A stretch of DNA of 36,026 bases from a virus (taxonomy: Duplodnaviria > Caudoviricetes). The notes beneath the pieces were generated by a model. The model had not been told where the DNA came from. It saw nothing but the letters and a program-made list of their open reading frames with translations, and made no database searches. Shown piece by piece: positions 27,005 to 33,894 of the stretch. The stretch is taken from positions 1 through 36,026 of IMG/VR virus record IMGVR_UViG_3300030392_000710; one strand, given 5' to 3'. The position numbers were made by a program, and so were the translations under genes. Each line of letters starts with the position of its first letter. Position 1 is the stretch's first letter.

Positions 27005-27348
27005 GTACAAGAGCCACTTACCAGTTTGTTCCCGCAGACCAAAGATTTAGACCCATCACCACGGTCTACGTTCACCATGACGGGTACCCAGAAGGTGCAG
27101 CAATGTATCTAGAGGGCGTGGAAACTGCAGAACAGTTTATTCGCAAAAACAACAAAGCAGAAATAACGGACAGTCACCAGACGCACTCCGACACAGAGTA
27201 CCGCTACACTATTTACGAGGGCAATGGTTTGCTGAACGTTGAAAAGAGAACCAATGTTAATTATTGGAGCGGAGGGAGCGTAATAGCGGAGTGGGACTCC
27301 ATTTTTGAGGGCCTCCTGACCCGGTTTACCGAAAACGGAGGCATCTAA
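27001..27348 (+). CDS. Phage hypothetical protein with MSTR...Y.HHDGYPEG motif (115 aa)
   Basis: Preceded by an RBS half-cassette CCACAGAAAGGGGTAAAACC (26981-27000). Confidence 0.75.
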   Translation: MSTRATYQFVPADQRFRPITTVYVHHDGYPEGAAMYLEGVETAEQFIRKNNKAEITDSHQTHSDTEYRYTIYEGNGLLNVEKRTNVNYWSGGSVIAEWDSIFEGLLTRFTENGGI

Positions 27349-27362
27349 AGTATGTGGCGGTT

Positions 27363-27412
27363 CCTTAAAATGGGCACTATACTATAAGGGTATAAGCAAC
27401 CACAGAAAGGGG
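27363..27412 (+). promoter_or_regulatory. Repeated promoter+RBS cassette, copy 4
   Basis: 50 nt identical to 26241-26290. Confidence 0.85.
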
Positions 27413-27419
27413 TAAAACC

Positions 27420-27866
27420 ATGAGTACAACCAAAGACGGCTGGTGCATCACGCGGCCATTTAGACAAGACCCAGAGGAGTTCCTTAACAAGCTCTCCTGC
27501 GAAAACGAAAAAGATAACGCAACACCTCTTAACTGGGTAGAGTCCATGGCGGTGGTGTCGGCTATTAGGTACGTTATACTCACCCACCTGCCTGACTGCC
27601 ACGGCATGACAGACTCTGACTTTAATAACTACGAGTGCTGCTTTTATGAGGGTGACTACGGTTTAGACACACCAGCAGACATAGACCGTGTTCTTACAAT
27701 ATTGCCAAAGTCTGTTATAGAGTGGAACGAAGAATTCACTCTGGGCACTAAGTTTAATATCCGTACGACACGGTATTTGGACTACACTTACATTGACGTA
27801 CACTGGGGGGAGGATCGCGGTGGACCGTCAGTGATTCCGCTGTACCTGCGCCTAGACACAAAGTAG
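27420..27866 (+). CDS. Hypothetical protein (148 aa)
   Basis: Bounded by cassettes. Confidence 0.75.
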   Translation: MSTTKDGWCITRPFRQDPEEFLNKLSCENEKDNATPLNWVESMAVVSAIRYVILTHLPDCHGMTDSDFNNYECCFYEGDYGLDTPADIDRVLTILPKSVIEWNEEFTLGTKFNIRTTRYLDYTYIDVHWGEDRGGPSVIPLYLRLDTK

Positions 27867-27876
27867 TATGGCGGTT

Positions 27877-27926
27877 CCTTAAAATGGGCACTATACTATA
27901 AGGGTACATACAACCAAAGAAAGGGG
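27877..27926 (+). promoter_or_regulatory. Repeated promoter+RBS cassette, copy 5
   Basis: CCTTAAAATGGGCACTATACTATAAGGGTACATACAACCAAAGAAAGGGG. Confidence 0.85.
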
Positions 27927-27932
27927 AAAAAT

Positions 27933-28343
27933 ATGTATTCACAACAACAGTATCTAGAGGAGTTAAACTACGCCAACGACAGGCGTAACTGCGCCCACGC
28001 ACCAGAAAAAATTACGGTATACCTCCCAGAGGAAGAAGCCGAGGTAGAACTGCCCACTAAGTACGTGGTCTGCGACGTGTGCCAAGGCGAAGGCTCCTAC
28101 GTTAACCCCGCAATTGACTGCGGCGGTATGTTCTTTACTGATGAGGAATACGAAGACTTCCAAGAGGAATACCACCGTGGCGACTACGACGTAACCTGCA
28201 ATCGCTGCCAAGGCAAACGTGTAATAAAGGAAGTGGACTGGGACGCCACCCCCCAAGAACTCCTGAAAGCGTACAAAGCCCAACAAAAAGAACTAGACGC
28301 CCTAGCACGAGAGGAGGCGTGGGAACGCAGCAGGGGGTGTTAA
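27933..28343 (+). CDS. Protein with DnaJ-type CxxCxGxG zinc-finger repeats (136 aa)
   Basis: CDVCQGEG...CNRCQGKR. Confidence 0.75.
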   Translation: MYSQQQYLEELNYANDRRNCAHAPEKITVYLPEEEAEVELPTKYVVCDVCQGEGSYVNPAIDCGGMFFTDEEYEDFQEEYHRGDYDVTCNRCQGKRVIKEVDWDATPQELLKAYKAQQKELDALAREEAWERSRGC

Positions 28344-28345
28344 GT

Positions 28346-28395
28346 CCTTAAAACAGACCTTATACTGTAAGGGCATAAGTAACCACAGAAAGGGT
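28346..28395 (+). promoter_or_regulatory. Repeated promoter+RBS cassette, copy 6 (variant)
   Basis: CCTTAAAACAGACCT-TATACT-GTAAGGGCATAAGTAACCAC-AGAAAGGGT. Confidence 0.8.
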
Positions 28396-28401
28396 AAACA
28401 C

Positions 28402-28731
28402 ATGACCAACAACCCAAAAGGAGACTGCTTTGCCGCAGCGGGACGCGCCATACTCAACGGGGACTCCACAACGGAAATGCGGCTGGTGCATGCGGTCGTT
28501 ACGCAACCACTGCAACCGTCTTGTTCGTACCCGCACGGGTTCAACCTAGTGGGGGAAACCGTAATAGATAACAGCAACGGCGGTTGCCTGACAATGGCCA
28601 AACAGGAGTATTTTAATACCTTTAAGATACGCCAAAAGGAAGGCCTCTACGCTGAATACACCGCAGGCGAGGCGCTGTTGAAACTGGTGCAGAGTGGGAA
28701 TTTCGGCCCGTGGGATCTCGGGGGGTATTAA
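28402..28731 (+). CDS. Hypothetical protein with possible Cys-His-Asp triad (109 aa)
   Basis: GDCF...YPHGF...VIDNSNG...FGPW. Confidence 0.7.
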   Translation: MTNNPKGDCFAAAGRAILNGDSTTEMRLVHAVVTQPLQPSCSYPHGFNLVGETVIDNSNGGCLTMAKQEYFNTFKIRQKEGLYAEYTAGEALLKLVQSGNFGPWDLGGY

Positions 28732-28733
28732 AT

Positions 28734-28783
28734 CCTTAAAACAGACCCTATACTATAAGGGTAAGTACAACCAAAGAAAGGGT
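28734..28783 (+). promoter_or_regulatory. Repeated promoter+RBS cassette, copy 7 (variant)
   Basis: CCTTAAAACAGACCC-TATACT-ATAAGGGTAAGTACAACCAA-AGAAAGGGT. Confidence 0.8.
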
Positions 28784-28789
28784 AAACAA

Positions 28790-29215
28790 ATGGAAAAACC
28801 AAACCAAGACGGCTGGTACACCTACCAGACCAAGGACCACACACAGGGGTTCTTTGGCCAACTGGCACTGGAAATAGAAACTCTAGAAAAGCACGAACAA
28901 CAACACTACATGCTTCTAAAATCACTGGTAGAAACGCTACTGGTCACGCGCCCCACGTACGACTACTACTTTAGTGAGTGCTACGACACCCCCACCCCCG
29001 CAGACATGCCACGGCAGTCAGGCAGTGAGTGGCAAACCCTGTACGACAACAGCCCCCTGTATGGGAAACCCTACTGGCCTTATGCCTACGACACCATATA
29101 CGTAGCGGACAGCTACGGCGACTATGTGTACTTTGCCCTCTGCCGTAACGGGTGCAGTCACAGTAGCGCACTTGCTGAATACATAAGGGTGAACACAGTG
29201 GCGGCTCCTACGTAA
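28790..29215 (+). CDS. Tyr-rich hypothetical protein (141 aa)
   Basis: ATG 28790 follows the cassette RBS (track start 28694 reads through the cassette). Confidence 0.75.
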   Translation: MEKPNQDGWYTYQTKDHTQGFFGQLALEIETLEKHEQQHYMLLKSLVETLLVTRPTYDYYFSECYDTPTPADMPRQSGSEWQTLYDNSPLYGKPYWPYAYDTIYVADSYGDYVYFALCRNGCSHSSALAEYIRVNTVAAPT

Positions 29216-29256
29216 GGAGCCTATACTGTAAGGGTACAAGCAACCACAGAAAGGGT
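29198..29256 (+). promoter_or_regulatory. Repeated promoter+RBS cassette, copy 8 (variant with hairpin spacer)
   Basis: GTGGC-GGCTCCTACGTAAGGAGCC-TATACT-GTAAGGGTACAAGCAACCAC-AGAAAGGGT. Confidence 0.8.
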
Positions 29257-29262
29257 AAACAC

Positions 29263-29607
29263 ATGTTAAAAATGGAAATAGATGGTATAAACGAACCCGT
29301 AGCCGAATGGCTACCACTTAGTCCGGGCGTGGACTACTGCACCACCAAACACGCCTTTGTAATTGAACTAGACAAAACCCCCCAAGACCCAGAGTGGGGA
29401 CCGCAGCACCTTACGGTGGAGGACTTCAAACCCTGCCACCCCCACACCGAATGGCTACCCGTAGAAGTCTACGAAGCCCGCACCGCAGACCACAACTACG
29501 TGCTCCTGCACCAGCTACAACACGAACCCCCCACACCAGAGTGGCCCATTGGCAACTCAACCCTTACGCTGGAATGCCTGCTTAGGTTCAAACGGGTGCC
29601 CGCATGA
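29263..29607 (+). CDS. Hypothetical protein (114 aa)
   Basis: Starts after cassette 8. Confidence 0.75.
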   Translation: MLKMEIDGINEPVAEWLPLSPGVDYCTTKHAFVIELDKTPQDPEWGPQHLTVEDFKPCHPHTEWLPVEVYEARTADHNYVLLHQLQHEPPTPEWPIGNSTLTLECLLRFKRVPA

Positions 29608-29801
29608 GGTGGCAACAACGGCAACGAAACCCAAGCCCATGGCAACGGAATTACAACTACACTCAAGGGGTTATTCGCGCGGGGTTACGGCCAACTCGGC
29701 ACAGGGCTGCCATAACCGCGTGCCGGAAAGCCCAAAACCCGGAATTCAAAATACTATGGCTGACCATAGCCGCCAAACTAAGACCACAGGACCAAGACTA
29801 A
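29604..29801 (+). CDS. Basic hypothetical protein with A.NPEF..W motif (65 aa)
   Basis: ATGA overlap; CRKAQNPEFKILW resembles MKRARNPEFRAMW in 23216..23413. Confidence 0.6.
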   Translation: MRWQQRQRNPSPWQRNYNYTQGVIRAGLRPTRHRAAITACRKAQNPEFKILWLTIAAKLRPQDQD

Positions 29802-29813
29802 AAGGAGCTCAAA

Positions 29814-30050
29814 ATGGGCTATATTATTACTCACAATGTAATTGACGAACGCAAAGCAAAAACAAGAACACCTCAGCAGGAAAAAACGCACCCACACTAC
29901 TTTGAACTACGGGACGATGACAACGAACTGTATTTCAGGGGCTACTCCACGTGTGACAGCTCCTTCGCTCCACTTGACTATGTAGGGGAATCTTACGGGT
30001 GTACTACAATAAGGTACAGGGGAAACACCGGGGAAATGAAAACACTGTAA
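29814..30050 (+). CDS. Phage hypothetical protein (78 aa)
   Basis: AAGGAG RBS; FELRDDDNELYFRG...FAPLD...GCTTIRY. Confidence 0.75.
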   Translation: MGYIITHNVIDERKAKTRTPQQEKTHPHYFELRDDDNELYFRGYSTCDSSFAPLDYVGESYGCTTIRYRGNTGEMKTL

Positions 30051-30266
30051 GTAGTCCTTAAACAAGGAACTCTGCTATATAGATGGTATATTGGACAAAA
30101 CGAGGTGTAAATAATTCTTAAGTCCAGGCTATACAATATCAAAGTATATAGGTTAGAGTCCTTATACAAGGACAGGTATTTCCGCTGATTTAAGTCCAAT
30201 TAAGGTGTTTTAATTTGAAGCCGTTTCTGGTACTATCACATCTATAGAACAAAGTGGCTCCTTACC

Positions 30267-30815
30267 ATGCCAAAGTCCAAACAAACTCATAAACCCAAGC
30301 TCGCAGTAGTGGCAAATCCGCGTACAGAAAAACACATAACTCCCAAACAAGAGGAGTTCTGCCGTATATACAGCAGCGAGGATGTGACCCAGACCGAAGC
30401 CGCCGTCCGTGCGGGGTACAGTCCTGCAAGTGCTCATGCTATAGCTAGTCAGTTACTTAACGGGCGGAATTTCCCCCATGTGGTTGCCAGAGTACGGGAA
30501 ATCAAATCCGAGTTGGCTAGAAAATACGAAGTCACCTTTGAAAATCATGTGCAAAAACTGGCGGAACTACGCGACACCGCCATACAGAACAACAATTACT
30601 CTGCAGCAGTCTCAGCTGAAAAGTACCGTGGTCAGGCTGCGGGGCTGTACATAGACCGCAAGGAAATACTACACGGAAAGATAGACCAGATGTCCCGAGA
30701 CGAGGTGCTGCGGGAAATAAAGAGACTCCAAGAGGACTTCCCGGGTCTAGCAGCGGTTGGCGCGGGAAATGTAATAGACGTTACGGACGCAGAACTGGTG
30801 GAGGAGTCCCCGTAA
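30267..30815 (+). CDS. terS: Terminase small subunit
   Basis: ITPKQEEFCRIY...TQTEAAVRAGYSPASAHAIASQLL...PHVVARVRE, the HTH pattern of Terminase_2-type TerS; SAAVSAEKYRGQAAGLY. Confidence 0.85.
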   Translation: MPKSKQTHKPKLAVVANPRTEKHITPKQEEFCRIYSSEDVTQTEAAVRAGYSPASAHAIASQLLNGRNFPHVVARVREIKSELARKYEVTFENHVQKLAELRDTAIQNNNYSAAVSAEKYRGQAAGLYIDRKEILHGKIDQMSRDEVLREIKRLQEDFPGLAAVGAGNVIDVTDAELVEESP

Positions 30816-30831
30816 GGGAACACGTTTAGAG

Positions 30832-31284
30832 TTGCCTAGCAAAGCGGAGAGTCGGCTGTGGTACCACCTGCGTGATGCCACTAAGAATCTGTACAGTGAA
30901 TACCCCATACTGTGGACACGCATAGAGTCATGGGCAGCTCCGGGTGTACCAGATTTACACGGTCTAATTAAGGGGCGGTCGTTTTGGGTGGAACTCAAGA
31001 TTCACAAATTAAAGTCGCTTAAGTCAGTAAAGTTCCGTCCACATCAAATATCTTGGCAGACTAAGTATTCTATGCACGGGGGACACGTTTGGAACTTGGT
31101 TAGTCATCCTCCGTCACGATCACTCAATTTATTTTCAGGAGAACAGGTCATGGGCCTAGCTGGATTGGACGCTGACGCTGCCCCGTTGACCCCGGTCTGG
31201 TCGTCGGGGATTCCTTTTAATTGGTCAGGACTCCTCAATCATCTTCAGTCTTCATCAATGGATTTACCTCCAGAAGAGACTTGA
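30832..31284 (+). CDS. PD-(D/E)xK nuclease (VRR-NUC / Holliday-junction resolvase-like)
   Basis: ESRLW...RIES...PGVPDL...FWVELK...RPHQISW. Confidence 0.8.
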   Translation: MPSKAESRLWYHLRDATKNLYSEYPILWTRIESWAAPGVPDLHGLIKGRSFWVELKIHKLKSLKSVKFRPHQISWQTKYSMHGGHVWNLVSHPPSRSLNLFSGEQVMGLAGLDADAAPLTPVWSSGIPFNWSGLLNHLQSSSMDLPPEET

Positions 31285-31432
31285 CTTGAACCGTGAACCA
31301 TAGCCCCTGTACCATGGTCAATAGTCTTCTGTCCTCTTCACTAATCATCAATCGTCCTCTTTCTTCAATTCTCGTCCATTCAAGTCTGGTCTACAGGCCA
31401 CGGGAGGATTGATAATAAAACCTTATTAAAGC

Positions 31433-31461
31433 TTGCAATGAACATGTTCCTAAAGTACACT
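31433..31461 (+). promoter_or_regulatory. Sigma70-like promoter
   Basis: TTGCAA-17 nt-TACACT with AT-rich upstream sequence. Confidence 0.65.
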
Positions 31462-31516
31462 ATACTTAGTGGGGTGCAAGGGGCAGTCCACAGTTTCTCA
31501 AAGAAAGGAGAATCAC

Positions 31517-31972
31517 GTGCAAAAAGCACTAACTAAGCAGATCACAGCCAAGGCCGTGGTCAATAAAGCCAAGGCAGTAGACTTTACTGTGCCACAGGGC
31601 GAAGAAGTCACCGCTGCTGCGGTATGGGAATGGGTACAAGCTGAGGCCGACGGGCAGCTAAACAATGTGGTAGTCACCCCATTGGATAATTGCCGCCTAA
31701 AGGACCAGAAGCGTACCCCATTCGGGTATTCTGGCAAGCCGGACGGCGTGCGGGCACGGTACCATGACTTCCACCTGTTTGGGCTGCGTCCCCCGCATGG
31801 TAAAAAGGGCGACCGCCGCCTAGGGGAAATCCTAGCAGCCATGCGTAAAATAGACGGCCACAGCAAGCAGACTATGCTCTGTACCGTGGCACTATTGAAC
31901 GGTGGTTACAGCCCGTCCGCAGGGACTTGGCTGCAAGGTCCTTGGATTAAGCTCAGCGTAGTTAAAGCGTAG
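31517..31972 (+). CDS. Hypothetical protein (151 aa), paralog of 33212..33841
   Basis: GTG 31517 after AAGAAAGGAG; shares NNV, PFGYSGKPDGVR, LFG and ALLNGGYSP with the downstream gene. Confidence 0.8.
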   Translation: MQKALTKQITAKAVVNKAKAVDFTVPQGEEVTAAAVWEWVQAEADGQLNNVVVTPLDNCRLKDQKRTPFGYSGKPDGVRARYHDFHLFGLRPPHGKKGDRRLGEILAAMRKIDGHSKQTMLCTVALLNGGYSPSAGTWLQGPWIKLSVVKA

Positions 31973-31987
31973 CTGAATCCGGGCAAG

Positions 31988-32019
31988 GGTCGGGGGGCTG
32001 TGGCTTCCCGGCCTTTTTT
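31988..32019 (+). terminator. Rho-independent terminator
   Basis: GGTCGGGGGGC-TGTG-GCTTCCCGGCC followed by TTTTTT. Confidence 0.7.
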
Positions 32020-32126
32020 ATACGTGAGATTTAGTATAAGAAATGATAAGACTTGACTAGACTCCCCCCTACCCATGGGCGTATCACTATACCTTTCATT
32101 ATAGATCCATATAGATCTGGGGTTAG

Positions 32127-32184
32127 TTGTGGCTCATGCCACCAGACTTTATACTGTAAGGGTAAGTACAACCACAGAAAGGGG
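32127..32184 (+). promoter_or_regulatory. Repeated promoter+RBS cassette, copy 9
   Basis: TTGTGG-17 nt-TATACT-GTAAGGGTAAGTACAACCAC-AGAAAGGGG. Confidence 0.8.
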
Positions 32185-32190
32185 TAATAA

Positions 32191-32655
32191 ATGAGCATCA
32201 GCTTTGATGGTATTAAAGACTTGACGGGGCCACTCAGCCCTGTTGCCTACACTCCCGACGAGTTAGAACATCAGGAGTACATGTTCTGGCGGCGTTACCG
32301 TATGCTGACTAAGCGCAAAAACAAACTCATTACCCGGTTGCAGTGCGGTCGTGTGCGGGTGGTAGAACTAGAAAAACGGTGCGCCAGTACTACACGGCCA
32401 TGGCATCCCCGCACACCAAACGTGTGTGACTGGGCTATGCAAGAGGGGGAAATTGTGCCAAGGCTTAACGCCACGGAAAAGGCAATAGAACGGCTGGTTG
32501 CTAAAATGGCAGCCATCGTGGCGGGGTATTCAGCCAGTATATATGCTGCTAACACTCCGGCGGCGGACCAGTTCATGGGTGCGGTGTACAAGGCAACGGA
32601 ATGGCAAACACAACAGTACTCCTGCCCCTGCTGGCGTTGCCAGTCCCGTGGGTAG
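32191..32655 (+). CDS. Hypothetical protein (154 aa)
   Basis: Follows cassette 9; C-terminal CPCWRC. Confidence 0.7.
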   Translation: MSISFDGIKDLTGPLSPVAYTPDELEHQEYMFWRRYRMLTKRKNKLITRLQCGRVRVVELEKRCASTTRPWHPRTPNVCDWAMQEGEIVPRLNATEKAIERLVAKMAAIVAGYSASIYAANTPAADQFMGAVYKATEWQTQQYSCPCWRCQSRG

Positions 32656-32659
32656 ACTT

Positions 32660-32696
32660 TACACTGTAAGGGTGGCAATTAAACCGCAGAAAGGGT
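32660..32696 (+). promoter_or_regulatory. Degenerate cassette, copy 10
   Basis: TACACT-GTAAGGGTGGCAATTAAACCGC-AGAAAGGGT. Confidence 0.65.
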
Positions 32697-32706
32697 AGAA
32701 AATACT

Positions 32707-32910
32707 ATGGCTATATGTAAAAACAAAATTGAACTATCAGTGTCCTCTGACGGGTGGAATTATAGGGTCAGAGAATATCCCTGTAGCAGCACTGGTCCAG
32801 AGGGTCAGTTGATTCTGTGTGAACAGTGCGAATGGAAGCGCAAGGACAAGCAAGCAGACATAGACCATGATAACGCTTGGTTGCGGTCCGCCGGGTGGGG
32901 GGAGATTTAA
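32707..32910 (+). CDS. Cys-containing hypothetical protein (67 aa)
   Basis: C...CSSTGPEGQLILCEQC; follows cassette 10. Confidence 0.7.
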   Translation: MAICKNKIELSVSSDGWNYRVREYPCSSTGPEGQLILCEQCEWKRKDKQADIDHDNAWLRSAGWGEI

Positions 32911-32996
32911 TGAAACTAACACCCACCGTGATTACGTTGCAGATAGGACTGGTCTGTTTAGTCTATATTCTGCTAGCGTTTATACGATTTACCTAA
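32910..32996 (+). CDS. 28-aa hydrophobic micro-protein
   Basis: MKLTPTVITLQIGLVCLVYILLAFIRFT*; GGGGAG RBS; TAATG overlap. Confidence 0.45.
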   Translation: MKLTPTVITLQIGLVCLVYILLAFIRFT

Positions 32997-33096
32997 AAGA
33001 GGATATATATACCCGATGAGGAGACTCTCGGCGCGGGTCTGCGTGCATAGGTGTGCTCTGCTCATATCGTATCAAGTCTATTCCTGGCTGGGGCTG

Positions 33097-33133
33097 GTTG
33101 GGCACACATTACTAGTTGGGCACACACTTACTA
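33097..33133 (+). repeat. Tandem 18/19-nt direct repeat just upstream of the -35 box
   Basis: GTTGGGCACACATTACTA followed by GTTGGGCACACACTTACTA. Confidence 0.8.
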
Positions 33134-33139
33134 TAGGGG

Positions 33140-33167
33140 TTGCAATACGTGTGCATAGGCCTATAAT
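33140..33167 (+). promoter_or_regulatory. Near-consensus sigma70 promoter
   Basis: TTGCAA-16 nt-TATAAT. Confidence 0.7.
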
Positions 33168-33211
33168 GTAACTGTGCACTAACGCACAGTTACCATATAA
33201 AGGGTAAACAA

Positions 33212-33841
33212 ATGGCAAAAAGTAATACAGTAAGTAAACCAGCAACCGCCACTGCTACAGTGGCCAAGGTTGCAACCGTACCCATACCTTGCGTGCAAAC
33301 GCAAAGCAATGGGGTTGTGGTACCAGTAACGTTTGCAAACCTAAATGGTTTTATTGCAAGTGTTGGTGGTGCTAATAACGTTACTTGGGTGTTAACCGCT
33401 GCGGGTAAGCTTGCAGTACAAAATGCACCACAACCGGGTATAAGTGTGTTGCCTTACGGGTATGGTGGCAAGCCAAACCATGTACGGCCTACACAAATTA
33501 ACTGGTTGTTGTATGGCATGCACCCACAGTATGCGCAGGGTGTTACCACCATACGCAACCAAAAGCTTAGCAAACCCCAGCAACAAGCTGCTGTGTTAAG
33601 TAGCAGGCAATGCCGGCATGGTGGCGCGTATAAGGTAACACCGGCTACCCAGCCAGTGTTTAATTTGCACGCTTACTACCAGCTTATTGCGCTGTGTACA
33701 GGTGTACCAAAAAGGCCATGCGTACTAATGGCCTTGTTAAATGGTGGTGGTAGCCCATGCAACCATACCTTTGGTGCAAAAACTTTGCCAAGTTTTGGCC
33801 AAGCCATTATTGCGCTACAAGTTGCCAAGCCTGCTAGCTAA
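33212..33841 (+). CDS. Hypothetical protein with no Asp or Glu (209 aa)
   Basis: Own promoter, AAAGGGT RBS and terminator; motifs PYGYGGKPNHVR and ALLNGGGSP shared with 31517..31972. Confidence 0.85.
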   Translation: MAKSNTVSKPATATATVAKVATVPIPCVQTQSNGVVVPVTFANLNGFIASVGGANNVTWVLTAAGKLAVQNAPQPGISVLPYGYGGKPNHVRPTQINWLLYGMHPQYAQGVTTIRNQKLSKPQQQAAVLSSRQCRHGGAYKVTPATQPVFNLHAYYQLIALCTGVPKRPCVLMALLNGGGSPCNHTFGAKTLPSFGQAIIALQVAKPAS

Positions 33842-33857
33842 ACACTAGCAGCAAACC

Positions 33858-33894
33858 GGGCGCGCTAGGGTTAGGTACCTAGCGCGCCCTTTTT
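33858..33894 (+). terminator. Rho-independent terminator
   Basis: Perfect 12-bp stem GGGCGCGCTAGG/CCTAGCGCGCCC, 8-nt loop, TTTTT. Confidence 0.88.

Noticed and set aside
25511-29262. Repeats read as a CRISPR array or integron attC sites
   Set aside because: They are separated by whole genes (300-700 nt), contain -10 and RBS motifs, lack attC-type core symmetry, and no cas or integrase gene is in the window.
33212-33841. D/E-free ORF as a spurious frame caused by low complexity
   Set aside because: It has a promoter, RBS, terminator and ordered motif similarity to 31517..31972. The missing TGA/TCA makes open frames somewhat more likely but does not explain the paralogy.
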